Below, one piece after another: positions 9,571 through 21,100 of a stretch of 64,000 nt of DNA. The position numbers and the translations under genes are program-made. The stretch is from IMG/VR virus record IMGVR_UViG_3300032313_000500, positions 54,471-118,470 of that record; one strand, given 5' to 3'. Position 1 is the stretch's first letter. Every line of letters starts with the position of its first letter. The notes below the pieces were generated by a model that made no database searches, was not told the origin of the DNA, and saw only the letters and a list, made by a program, of their open reading frames with translations. The DNA is from a virus.

Positions 9571-9820
9571 AAAAAAAATTTTCTACAGCCCTGAACAAAC
9601 AGCCTTAACCCTAAACTTTATTGTTGATTTTACTAAAGAACGTGGTTATCCGCCGTCCGTTAGGGAAGTAGGCGAGAAAATTGGCGTTAGTTCGTCGTCA
9701 ACCATCCACAAATTCATACGCCAATGCGTTGATGAAGGATACATAGACATTGACGCACGTATTCCTCGTTCAATAAGAGTATCTAAGATAGGCAAAAAGT
9801 ACTTATCTTCGGCTCAATAA
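9551..9820 (+). CDS. LexA-type DNA-binding domain only (no peptidase domain)
   Basis: GYPPSVREVGEKIGVSSSSTIHKFI...EGYI......RSIRV matches the LexA N-terminal wHTH; protein ends directly after it. Confidence 0.85.
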   Translation: MKQSHNRKKIFYSPEQTALTLNFIVDFTKERGYPPSVREVGEKIGVSSSSTIHKFIRQCVDEGYIDIDARIPRSIRVSKIGKKYLSSAQ

Positions 9821-9821
9821 G

Positions 9822-9894
9822 TGCCCTTGGTTGGATTTGAACCAACGACCTGCGGATTAGAAGTCCGTTGCGCTATCCACTGCGCCACAAGGGC
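9822..9894 (-). tRNA. tRNA-Arg(UCU)
   Basis: Reverse complement GCCCTTGTGGCGCAGTGGATAGCGCAACGGACTTCTAATCCGCAGGTCGTTGGTTCAAATCCAACCAAGGGCA; anticodon loop CT-TCT-AA. Confidence 0.93.
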
Positions 9895-9944
9895 TTGTGA
9901 TTAAAATCTAGTCCTTCTAGATAAGGAATGCAAGAAAGGTAAAA

Positions 9945-10442
9945 ATGGCATACAACTACATTGAGGCCTTCACCGAAGGTCATTCTTATAATAAAGTCGT
10001 TGCGAAGTATTTAATTGACAAAGGAATACCCTGCACTGTCCCCGAACTGCAAATAGCAAAAAATCGTGAAGAGCGCCGTCGCATGACTCTTACAGAAAAA
10101 GACATCACGCTTGATTTAGTTCCACATATTTTGGAAGTAAAAAACGTCAGCGTGGAGTTCGGCTGGGACCCTAAAGACTTCCCATTCCCTACAACGATTG
10201 TTGATACGGTTAATAGTTACGAAGACAAACAGCAGAAACCACTTGCATATATTTTGCGCAGTAAGAAAACTGGCGCAATGCTCGCTGTGGGACCGTCGTC
10301 AAAAGACAGATGGAAACATAAAAACCTGTACGACAAGAAACAAGAACTAACTGACAACTTCTACATAGTTGACAAACGCGACTTGCGAAGCATGGATGAA
10401 CTTGTAGAGCACATCCTCAAACTCCAAAAACGTGCTTCATAA
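9945..10442 (+). CDS. Hypothetical protein, possible PD-(D/E)XK nuclease fold
   Basis: AGAAAGG RBS; D..L.....ILEVK motif. Confidence 0.45.
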   Translation: MAYNYIEAFTEGHSYNKVVAKYLIDKGIPCTVPELQIAKNREERRRMTLTEKDITLDLVPHILEVKNVSVEFGWDPKDFPFPTTIVDTVNSYEDKQQKPLAYILRSKKTGAMLAVGPSSKDRWKHKNLYDKKQELTDNFYIVDKRDLRSMDELVEHILKLQKRAS

Positions 10443-10561
10443 CTAGATAAAACATGGCAGTTCCATATATCCACATCTTTATCAGCGTTTCTATGTCGTT
10501 TATTAAACCCATTAGATAAATCTATCTGCAAACATCAACGGCGTATTTATATTTATAGACG

Positions 10562-11164
10562 TCACTGTTCCAGCCAGTTCTTTTTAATCCACTTAGCGAT
10601 GAATTCAGCACGCAACTGAGAACCCGTAGAGCCGTAATGGACTTTATCTGGATTCAACAAATGCTGCCTAGTTTGGATAAATCTATCCCAGCCAATGACG
10701 TGCATATTGATATTCCTACCAGCCTTCTTTTCAAGCATAGAGTTCCACAGTCTGGCTGACTTGTTGTTGTGGTTGCCCCAGCCCTTCCATATGGAAACCC
10801 AAGCAACCTTCCTACCTTTTAGTTCGTTCATGACTGCAGACACCCTGTTGCCAGTGTTTTCGTACTTGTATGAAGGCGAATCGTTCGTACCGAGCGCAAT
10901 TACCCAACAAGCGTCTTTATCAACGCGCTTTTTGTAGTACCTAACCGCTTCCAAACCCGTATGAGGGTCGTTTGGCATCTTCGTAAATACGGACCTGCTG
11001 CCAGCGGCTGAAATTATGGCGTCAGGGAAACCGATTTTTTTATATTCAGCGACCTGAAACTGTTTTGAGTGCACCGTTAAAGAATCTCCGATGTGGACCA
11101 CGTTTGAACATGTCCCAGGAACATTCATGAGTAGGGAGAACAAAAGACTATACATATCTATCAA
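10562..11164 (-). CDS. SGNH/GDSL-family hydrolase
   Basis: HIGDSLT (block I), IALGTND (block III), PDKVHY (block V). Confidence 0.85.
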   Translation of the reverse strand: MIDMYSLLFSLLMNVPGTCSNVVHIGDSLTVHSKQFQVAEYKKIGFPDAIISAAGSRSVFTKMPNDPHTGLEAVRYYKKRVDKDACWVIALGTNDSPSYKYENTGNRVSAVMNELKGRKVAWVSIWKGWGNHNNKSARLWNSMLEKKAGRNINMHVIGWDRFIQTRQHLLNPDKVHYGSTGSQLRAEFIAKWIKKNWLEQ

Positions 11165-11642
11165 GTACCTTTTCTAATAGGATTGGCTTGTAACCAGTCT
11201 GCTCAACGCTTACGCACTGATACCAGGGGTCTGGAAGGGATTCGGCGTGCAAATGTCCGTGAATATTGCCTCTATAGCGATATTTCTGGTGGTCAGAGAC
11301 TGGAATGTGAGTTAAAACAAACTTGTTGTACGAAAAAGTGCCCATGATGTCATAAAAGTAGGGGGTATAAACGCTTAAAGGAAGTCTATCGTGATTGCCC
11401 TTTATTAATAATTTCCTACCATGTAAGAACCGCATCGTTTTGACACCTTGCTTGTCTATGGCAACATCACCAAGGTGGATAACCTCATCCTTGGGGCCTA
11501 CCGTCTCGTTCCACAACTGAATCATCTCTTCGTCCATCTCTGAGGCACTATCCCACGGACGTAACTTGTCGCCGTGCTTGGCTGAGAACTCGCAAATGCG
11601 TTGATGTCCCCAATGAGTGTCGGCTGTAACGAATATTGACAT
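11148..11642 (-). CDS. Calcineurin-like metallophosphoesterase
   Basis: ADTHWGH, HLGDV, KGNHD, LTHIP, IHGHLH. Confidence 0.92.
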   Translation of the reverse strand: MSIFVTADTHWGHQRICEFSAKHGDKLRPWDSASEMDEEMIQLWNETVGPKDEVIHLGDVAIDKQGVKTMRFLHGRKLLIKGNHDRLPLSVYTPYFYDIMGTFSYNKFVLTHIPVSDHQKYRYRGNIHGHLHAESLPDPWYQCVSVEQTGYKPILLEKVLDRYV

Positions 11643-11811
11643 ATCTCCATCGTACCGGGAAGAAGTAGGAACTCAAACGTTTTGTATGGATTTATCCAAT
11701 AGTGGATTAGGCTTCAAAATTTATCGTGTGCCCCCCCACGCGCGCCCGACCCGTTCAGAAAAAAGCCCCGAGAATCGCCTTACGGGGTCCGAAAACGACC
11801 ACTTATAGTAG

Positions 11812-11865
11812 TTATCCACACCCTGTGAATACCACCCTCTGTGGTTGTCCACACCCTGTGGATAA
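11812..11865. promoter_or_regulatory. DnaA-box cluster (origin-like)
   Basis: TTATCCACA 11812-20, TTGTCCACA 11845-53, TGTGGATAA 11857-65, plus degenerate TGTGAATAC 11824-32. Confidence 0.7.
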
Positions 11866-11874
11866 AGGTCAAAG

Positions 11875-11933
11875 CGAACACATGTACGACGAACACCTGT
11901 ACGCACGAACACATGTACGACGAACACATGTAC
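11875..11933. repeat. Four tandem 15-16 bp repeats CGAACACATGTACGA (SOS-box-like or iterons)
   Basis: Copies at 11875, 11890 (CGAACACCTGTACGC), 11906 and 11921. Confidence 0.85.
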
Positions 11934-12119
11934 CCATCACATAAACACTTGACAAAACATTACGAAAGTGCTAGTCAATACACATCACATGACGTTATAC
12001 CTGATTGTAGATAATGCCTCATGACCCACACAAAAGTGCTCCTCACAAGCACACTTTTACACATCACATAAGTCGCATCAAACTATTAGTTACACACACT
12101 TCACACACCACACAGTGAG

Positions 12120-15100
12120 GTGTTCTACAATGAGTCAATGCCTTTCTCTTATGACATAGAACCAAATGACTCACCACGTCTAAGGCGTCACATGTCAAGA
12201 GTAAATAGTGATGACAGACTAGAAGTCAAAGCACTAGGTCCGAACCTAGGGCAACTCGCACGAAGCGCACAGGTCTTTGACCCTAACGCATACGACGGTG
12301 ACGGTGATGGTGTAGTACAAGACGGCACACCCTTTGAGAGACCAGCAGTGTTGTCTAACATTGCCTCAGTAGCACGAGGACTCGCAAGCACCACGGGTGG
12401 CTACGGGTCATACACACCAAGAGGTTCGTGGACAGTAGGTCTCACCAATGAACAGGTAGCAGAGAGGGCAGTGCCTAGCACGCCTGCTGCTTTCGTTGAG
12501 ATGATGGTCGCTCAACAAGGCTCCACGGGTAACCTATCTGACAGTGTGCAGAAGGCACTAGACATAGCAATCTTTGACGAGGAGAGGGTCGCTGAACTAC
12601 GTGACACATTGCGTAACGCACTAGACGAAAGACCTGAACTACGAGCAGCCTTTGATAGGTTCGGTTGCCCACCCATAGGTGTACACCCCAACAAAGACGA
12701 GGATGGAGAAGGTATTGGATATGGAGGTATCGCTTATGGTAAGCAAGCAATCTTCATAACAGAAAAGACACTAGACAAAGGCGCTATGTCAGAATGGTTT
12801 GGTAGAAGGAAGTTCTCTGCGAAAGTATTCTCCTTCACTACATTCGCACCAAGAGTAAAAGGTGTTGACCGTGCCTTCACAGGGGAATCAGCAGAAGACA
12901 TCATCACCCATGAGTGGGGTCACTACCTCAATCACCTAGTAGCAGACATAGCACCAGACCCAGAACTGCGTGAGTTAGCAGGAGCCCTAGGGCAAGGCTC
13001 TTGGTACATGTCAACTTACTTCACTCGCATTCCTCCAAAAGTGAAGAGGATGTTTGAGTACTTTGATGGAGCCATGAAGAGTGGTGAGAAGGTAGACCAA
13101 CCAGTTGGTGTTCCATTCGTCAAGAGCGTGTATGGCACCTCAATGCCATGTGAGTTCTTCGCAGAATCAGTAGCAGCATACTTCTCCCCTCGTCGTAAGA
13201 GTAGAGAACTACTCAACGATGAAGGAATAGAAATAGTTGAACAAATGCTTGGCATTAGAGGAGCATCTCGCAGTGGATTCGCATCACGAACAGGTTCTCT
13301 AAAAAGCAGTACGGGTAGTACCCTGCGTGGTAAGACACCACAAGAGATAGCAGACATTGTAGTACCCAAGACAAAAGCAGAAGCAATCGCATTGTCTGAC
13401 GCACACAACGCTTTACTTACAGACCCAGATGGTGTTCGTTACACGGCATCAGAACCAGACAAACTAAAAATAATTATCCCCAAGGGTATTGACGCTATGG
13501 ACTTCTCACCCGAAGCAGTGTCTCGTATGAAAGAGATGGTCGTAGAAGCACTCTCAAATAACCCTGAGTTCCATGAAGCAGTACAAAGATTTGGTATGCC
13601 ACCTGTTCTGATAACAAAGCCAGGCGAAAGACTGGATGGGGCGTACGCCATTGCTGGTGTAGAGGGTTTCCCTGCTATCACTATTGACTCAACAATGAGA
13701 GAACAAGCATTGGCCAAAGGGTGGTGGCCTAATGGTATTTACGAAGATGAACCATTCATCAAAGGGACAGAGGGCTTCTCTACAAGTCCCACGAGTGAAG
13801 GATTCTTTATTCATGAATGGGCTCACTACCTCAATCGCCTAGCATTAGACATACACCCAGACGAAGAGATGAGAGAATTAGCACGCTTTTGGTGGAACGA
13901 CACTTGGATACTAAATGCAGCCATTCCTAGGCTTACGAGATTTCTAAGGGGATTAGGTAAACCAAAAACACGAATAGATGCTAGATACAGGGGCGCTGAT
14001 AAATTCTATTGGGCAACACGTGACAACAAATCCGTTGACTTTACGGGTTACCCACACGTAAAGACACAGTATGGACAGTCACAACCAGCAGAAGCGTTTG
14101 CCGAAGCAGTAGCAGCAGTACTCTCCAAAGATGTTGACGACAAAGAGTTGGTCAGTCCTGAAATGCGTAGAGATGTTCTTGACATGCTTGGTTTCTCACC
14201 TTCGGTCAAAGAGATAGACAGAGCAGGCAGTTCAGAGGGTAGAGGTAGTGGGTTTGCCTCAAAGACTGTCACCAGAGGACCTGATGGCACGAGAATTATT
14301 AACACATCTGACCCTTTCACACCGTTGAGTGGTTCTGATTGGCTAAAAGACGCTACGGATGACGAGGTAGCAGATGCTGTAACGCCTACGAGTATTGATG
14401 ACGCAATAGCGCTTACGATAATGAATACGTCATACGGGGACGACCCAGCAAATTACCCAGCAGAAGAAGCAAAAGTACGTCAAATAATGACGGACCACAT
14501 CTTCAAGTTTTACGGTAGGGACAGCAATGGGCAAATAGCAACAGACGCAAACGGGAAGCCCATTAGTTTCTCTGTTCCTTACGATTTTTCTCCACAAGGC
14601 AGACAAACAGTCAAAGACATGGTCAAAAGAATGATGGCAGAGTCGCCAGAATTCTCATGGATGATTAGACGCTTCGGGTGTCCACCAATGATGGTTATAG
14701 ACGAAGCAAAACTCACCCAACTAAACAATCAGGTTGAACAAATGCGTCTTGCTGGTCAAGACATCTCTCTTCCGTTCCATCTCGCAAACGGAGCAGTCGG
14801 TGGTTTTTCGGTAGGTACTTACGGGATAACACTCAGGCCTGACCCCACAACAGACAACTTACCAATGGGATTTTACAGAGGGTTGGCAGCAAAAAGAAAG
14901 ACTGGAAGGATAATCACAAATCCTGACGGAAGCAGGGAAGAAGAAAAAGAACACTGGATGAACAACTTCGGACTATCCCTAGCCGATAAGGCTATTCACG
15001 AATGGGCTCACTGGTTCTACGCAACCGTAAAAGGAAACAAAGGACTACTAGGTAAGTCACGCAGGGGAGATAGAAAATCTCGTCTTTCCTACTTGTTCCC

Positions 15101-18100
15101 TGGTATTCCTATGGCAGATGCTGAGAAAATGACAAAAGAGTTCCTTGACGCTTTTGACGCAGACGGTTTCATACCTTTCAACGGCATGAGTGCGCAATAT
15201 CTTGAAAGAATAATGACGACAGCACGAAGAAGCATCAATAGAAACCTAGGCAACAAACCACTAACGGAACAGTTACTTGCCGACGCAAGATTCGTGGACC
15301 TAATCAACGACTATGTGAATAATGTAATCAACGCCCCTAATGATTGGTCTCCCTCGCAGGCACAGGAATTCGCCGACCAGATAGCGATTGAGTTTCCTTA
15401 TCTAGTAGATGACATGCCACCACTTATTGCTGGAACATACGCAACAGCAACTCGTCAAGAACTATGGGCAGAAGCAATACTTTTGTTCTCCTCACCAGAC
15501 AGAAAGTTAAAGGCTAAGTACCTAACGCCAGAGATAGAAGCATTTATTGCTTACGCGTTAGGGTTGAAGCCAGACAGAGACCCAAGTACTCCTTATCAAA
15601 AACCGTGGGCACATCGTAGTGGTTTGTCATCCTCTTCACGGGTGAGGAGATTACACGCAGCGCAAGACAGCATAGATGAAAGAGTCTCCGACAAGGACGA
15701 CGGGTTCGCTAGTAGAAATGCCGGCGATGCTAAATCAACAACAGTAAAGATGTCTCGTGAAACATCTAGTACGTCACGATTTACGGTTGGTGACTACGAG
15801 TTTGACATAACAGATGAAGATTTGTCTACTTATGATTGGGATACTGCTTACGACCAGTGGACAACTTGGTCGGGCAACTGGCGCATGCGTCATTTGTCGT
15901 CAGCAATGATGGGTATAGAACAGCAACCCACAAAGGGTGGCGAAGAGTCGCTATCAACAGTCCACGAAGTAATGCGCTCGGGTGAACTGCTAGACGCACC
16001 TAACCATGTAAAAGACTCCGTTCGTGAATCACTGATAAACACACATAAGACGATGGAAAAAATCTCTATGGGTGACACAGTTAGCGATAGACCGTTGTAC
16101 CGAGGACTTGGTTCAGTTCCTGATGATTCAGAGATACTGATGGCAGAACAGGGTGAGACAATAACGTTCCCACTTAGCGCGTTCACCCCAGACAGAGGAT
16201 TAGCCACAACATTCGCCGACATGAATGCCGAGAGCGACAAAAAAGTAATCCTCCAACTTCAAAATGGTGCCCATGTAGCGTCTAGTGACTACACAACACA
16301 GATAAGAGACCTAGAAAGCGACTGGGTAGAAGTACCAATTGAGTCCGTTACCCAAGGAGAGTTCACTGTCGTATCCAAGCGTGAGCAAGACGGGTACACG
16401 GTTGTAGAACTATCGCACTCTAAGACGTTTGACCCACTATCAGGAAAGATGGTTGACACGAACGTTCGTGAGGGGTTCGCTTCTTCCAGCATGAGACCAG
16501 AGCGACGGGTATCCGATAGCGCTATCCGTACGCTTACAGACAACATGGACTTCCTACGAGATAACCCACCAATGGGTAAGGGTGGCAAAGACCTAGACGA
16601 CCGTTGGGCAGAGCAGACGATAGGAAAACTTCGCAGTGGCGAGATAACTCAGGAGGATGCGTTTGACCTAATGAATGCTGTCATTGAGATACTCAGCGAC
16701 GGGTTCAGTAAAGACCCAAGCCAAAAAGAGAATCCAGAAGGAAAACTTCTCGCCTATCAAAAACTCGTAAAGCGCTTACGCAAACTTGCTGTTGGTGGCA
16801 TGAGCAAAGACGACATGGACGACCTCCGTAGAGAGCAGGGAATCATCCCTACTGTCACCAACAAGCCAAAGCCGACTCCTTATGCTGGTGGTCGTTTCGG
16901 CTTCTCTTCCACAACAAGAAGAGAAGAACTATCTACTCGTGCGCAAGAACGTATTGACGCCATTGACGCACAGGTAGAAGAACTTGAATCATTCAACCGA
17001 CGTCTAATGAGAGCAATCAGTGAACTTCAAGCCACGGGCAACTGGGAAGGCGAGAAGCACGACGTTTTCCTCAAAGAGGGCAACAGTCCCAAGACCTACA
17101 CTAAGGAGCAATTGGAAAGCAACGGATGGACACAGAGAGTAAGGGAAGAATCAGCAAGGGCTCATCTTGATAGAGAAATGTATGTAAATAGTCTAAAAAG
17201 AGAGAGAAACGACCTTGAAGATAGTCAAAAGCGTCTTGCTGGTGAATATCCAGAAACAACAATGCTTGTTGACGAGTTACTACTTGACGAAGACAATGTA
17301 GAGAGCATCTTGGCGAGGTCGTTAGAAGTTGATTCAATGAGCCAACAACAAAGAGCAGAAAGATTCACCGACCCCAATGACCCTAACGCAGTGTATGTGG
17401 TTCATTTTGGAGCGACCAAACTAGAAGGTGGTCAGTTGGACCCTTCTCGTTCACGAGGACAGGTTGGACAAGGTATCGCTGGGAATACTCGCCAGATAAA
17501 TGACGAGACAGCCAGATATATGGTCGGATTGCGTGATGATGCGAAGCGGGACCTATCCATCCTTGAAGAGATGAAGCGCCAGATTGAGACTGATGGCGTG
17601 ATTGACTTTGACGCAATCGCACGAACCGACACTAGAGACTCCTTCCGGGCAGGGAGGGCAAGACTACTGCTCGGTCTAAATCGCCGTGACCCAGAACGCT
17701 CAACACATATACCAGAAGGCTGGCAGGTTTCCAATATTGACGGCGCTATCGGAGATAAAAACAACGTCATATCTAGACTTGACAAGGTTGCCGACCAGTT
17801 GATTGCAGACGACTATCAATACACGAGTACATACAGGGCGTCAGCATTGCAAGACCTACTCGGCTCGTATGGAGGAAGATACGCAGAGGGCGACTCTACG
17901 GAATGGGGCGACAACGCAAGGCGCTCAACAACTACTGGTATCCATATCTTTAAAGTAAGAATAGGTGATGACGCAGTTGAGCAGAACAGCGTTGGAGAAA
18001 CTCACCTAGTTGGCAAACACACTCCAATCGCTTCACTCGTTGTAGACAGTAGCGCTAACGACGACAATCCTGCTCGTGAAATCTGGAAGGGTTGGCTTGA

Positions 18101-21100
18101 TTCGGTAATTGAACAAGACATTGGTAAAAACAATGCACGTCGCTCAGGATTTGCTTCCAGGGCTTCCGTAAGAGAGTCATCACGGGTTATCGGAGAAGAC
18201 GGAGATGCTAGCAAGCCTTCAATACTCGGAAGAGCAAAAGATAAACTAAAACTAAACGATAGACAAGTCGGTCATATTAATTCAATGACCAACAAGATGC
18301 ACTCAATCTTTACTAGTGGAAAAATTTACGATGAACCAATCCATCCAGCAATTGATGACAGAAGAAAAGAACTGCTTGATTCAATAAGGGTTGTAAGAGC
18401 AGAGGGTGGAATGACGATGATTGTCGCCGAACCAAACCCAGTATTTAATGCTTATTTGCCAGTAAAGAGAGACTGGGCGTCTATTGAACTACCGTCCCGC
18501 GAAGCAGTTGCCGAGGCAATAGAGAAATTGAAATCAAACAAAGGAGGCAGGCGCTCGGACACTTATGGCTCGGGTGCATTTACGGACCATCTTGAATCAT
18601 TGCTTCAAGAGATAGGGAAGTTGGGTGAAGGTCCAGGAGACCTTCCGTACGAGGGAGGAGAAGGAAACTACATATCCTATGTTCAGCAATACTACGACTC
18701 AATAAGAAACCCTGTTGGTGCTTCACGTCTGCTCCAAGGTAGCGATGGAATGCATGATGCGTTCGGACACTTTGGTACAGGCAGAGGCTACGACAGACAT
18801 GGGGAGTGGGCTAACTATCTAGCAATGAAAGACATGATAGACGCATCGCCACTTACTGACGAAGAGAAAGAAGATGCTCATAGATTCTGGTTTAGAGAGT
18901 ATGGGTGGCTTCAGTTCGCAAAACGTGGAGACCTAGAAGAAGTAGACGATAATTTACGTTTCATGGCAGACGACTATGACGGACCGTTCAGTGACATTTT
19001 GGAAATCATTGACTCTGGTCACAACGGTCTTGACGACGTACCAGAAGAAGAAACACCTTCAGGCAAGACCATCTCAGATACTTCAGCGTCAGAACTGAGA
19101 CAAGCAGCAAGAAACGACGCTGAGGCACAACTAGAAATGAGTCGTAGTGGGTTCTCTAGTACAACGAGAGACACGGGTAGAAACAGAGAAGTTTCTGCTG
19201 AATACACACAGGGCATATTCGGCAAACTAAAAGCCCTTAAAGAGCGACTTGGTTACGGAAAAGACTTTGAAGAAAAAGTAAGCAAAGAAAAACTTGACAC
19301 CAGAATAGAAGAAACAGCCGCTTATGCCAAGCGCATCATTGACTGGGATGCTGGAAAAGACGTCGTACTGCCTCAAAGTGCTATTGATTACATAAAAGAC
19401 GTAGTTGCAAGAAACGCTTTCTTTACTTCAGACAAACGTGCTGATGGTGGTGCGAGTTTGATACCCATACAGGCGGCACTTAGTAAGTCCTCTCCTGACG
19501 TATGGCCAATAGGAACCCCGTTGCCCCCAAGTTTGGCATTAGAGATATCAAGACAAATACATATCGCTAGAGGCGATACTGAAATGGTCGCAAAAATTGA
19601 TGAGTTTAAAAATTACTTAAAAACAGTCACTCCAGAACAATTGAGCGAAGACATAAGAGCAGCGTCTTTAGTATATGGCGAGTCAATTGACAAGCGTGTT
19701 TTGGTTAGAACGAGAAGCGTAAACCCTTTTATTAAAGGAAGTCGCACCATACTTACTCAGCACGACAGGGAAGAACGAGAAGCGGCTGGCGTTGAGTCTA
19801 TGAACATGATGGGTGACGGCATTACTACAAGCGCAAGAAGGAAAGTTGAAGCAAACCTTTTAGGTCTACCATTTGAAGAAGGGGTAGAAGACTCTCCAGA
19901 AGTAAGGGAACTAAGACCAACGTCTGGCTATGTAACCACTTCAAAAACAGCATTGGCACGAAAAGAAAAGTTTAAAGAAATTTACGGCGACGATGTTGAA
20001 CTAATGTATGACGGTCCTGCTGGAACAGCGCTAGAGCATTCTCAAAACAACACCGGGAAGTATGGTCCCTCGCAGTTTGTGCTGCGCCCAGCAGTTGCCG
20101 AGCGCACAAGGGTTTTTGATGCAGACACAGTAGATATGTCATTGAAAGACAACCCCCCTCTACAACTTAGTGCCCTTGAAGAAGACGGCATTTTTCTTGG
20201 TGGCACCACCAACCCCATCGGAATGCTTTACGACTACAAGACTGGTGACACTTATCCAACGCCTTCTGGAGCATTTGAGGGAAGTTCCGACACTCATTCA
20301 AGTCAAGGAACTGCAGCAAGTTACAAAGAAGCATTGGTTCTTGGAAGGTTCAAGCCCGAAGAAGTTGAAGCGATAATTGCCGCACCAGCAGACTTTAGAA
20401 AAGAAGACGGAGAATTATCCGAAAGACTTAATCCAAATAACGAAGCAAACTTCAGCCTATTGATTGATATGGCGCGTTCACGTGACGAACTAATGCAAGA
20501 ACACGGCATAGAGGTTGTTCCCAATATTAGAAGAGGTGTATTCAAAACCGATGACGTTGAGATGTTTAACCCAGCAATGACTGACGTGTGGTTTGATACG
20601 AACTTTGCAGATAAGGGCTTATCAAAAGAAGAAATAGTTCCAGACAAATCAACTACACCATACGAAGCGTACCTAAGAGTATTAATAGCAACAGGAGAAC
20701 TTCCTGAAATGTTTGAATACCGTGGTCCTAGTGGTAAGAGCGAAGAAGAGAAAGATGCTTGGAAGAGGGATGCGCTCAAGAAAGAACTCGCTAGAGTAGT
20801 AAGCCTCAAGAAAGACAAAGAAGTCAGCGGCACTCGTAGTCCCGGCTTCTCTTCTCGTTCGTCAAGAGCATCTGCAAAGAAAATAACCAAGAATTTCAAG
20901 GTAAACGGCAAGCCTCGCAAGGCTCCAGTTGACAGAGATGAACTCATACGACGTGCTGTCCCTCAGAACGCAGCCGACATGATGAGAATCATTGAAGAGT
21001 CTCCATACATGGAGGGCAAGAAGAGCAAACAAGAAATCTATGAACTCATCAACATGATGGACATAGATTGGGTAGCCCAACAGAAGATGCGTCTCAAACT

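Noticed and set aside
11875-11935. CRISPR mini-array
   Set aside because: Repeats are 15 bp and directly adjacent with no spacers; no cas genes in the window
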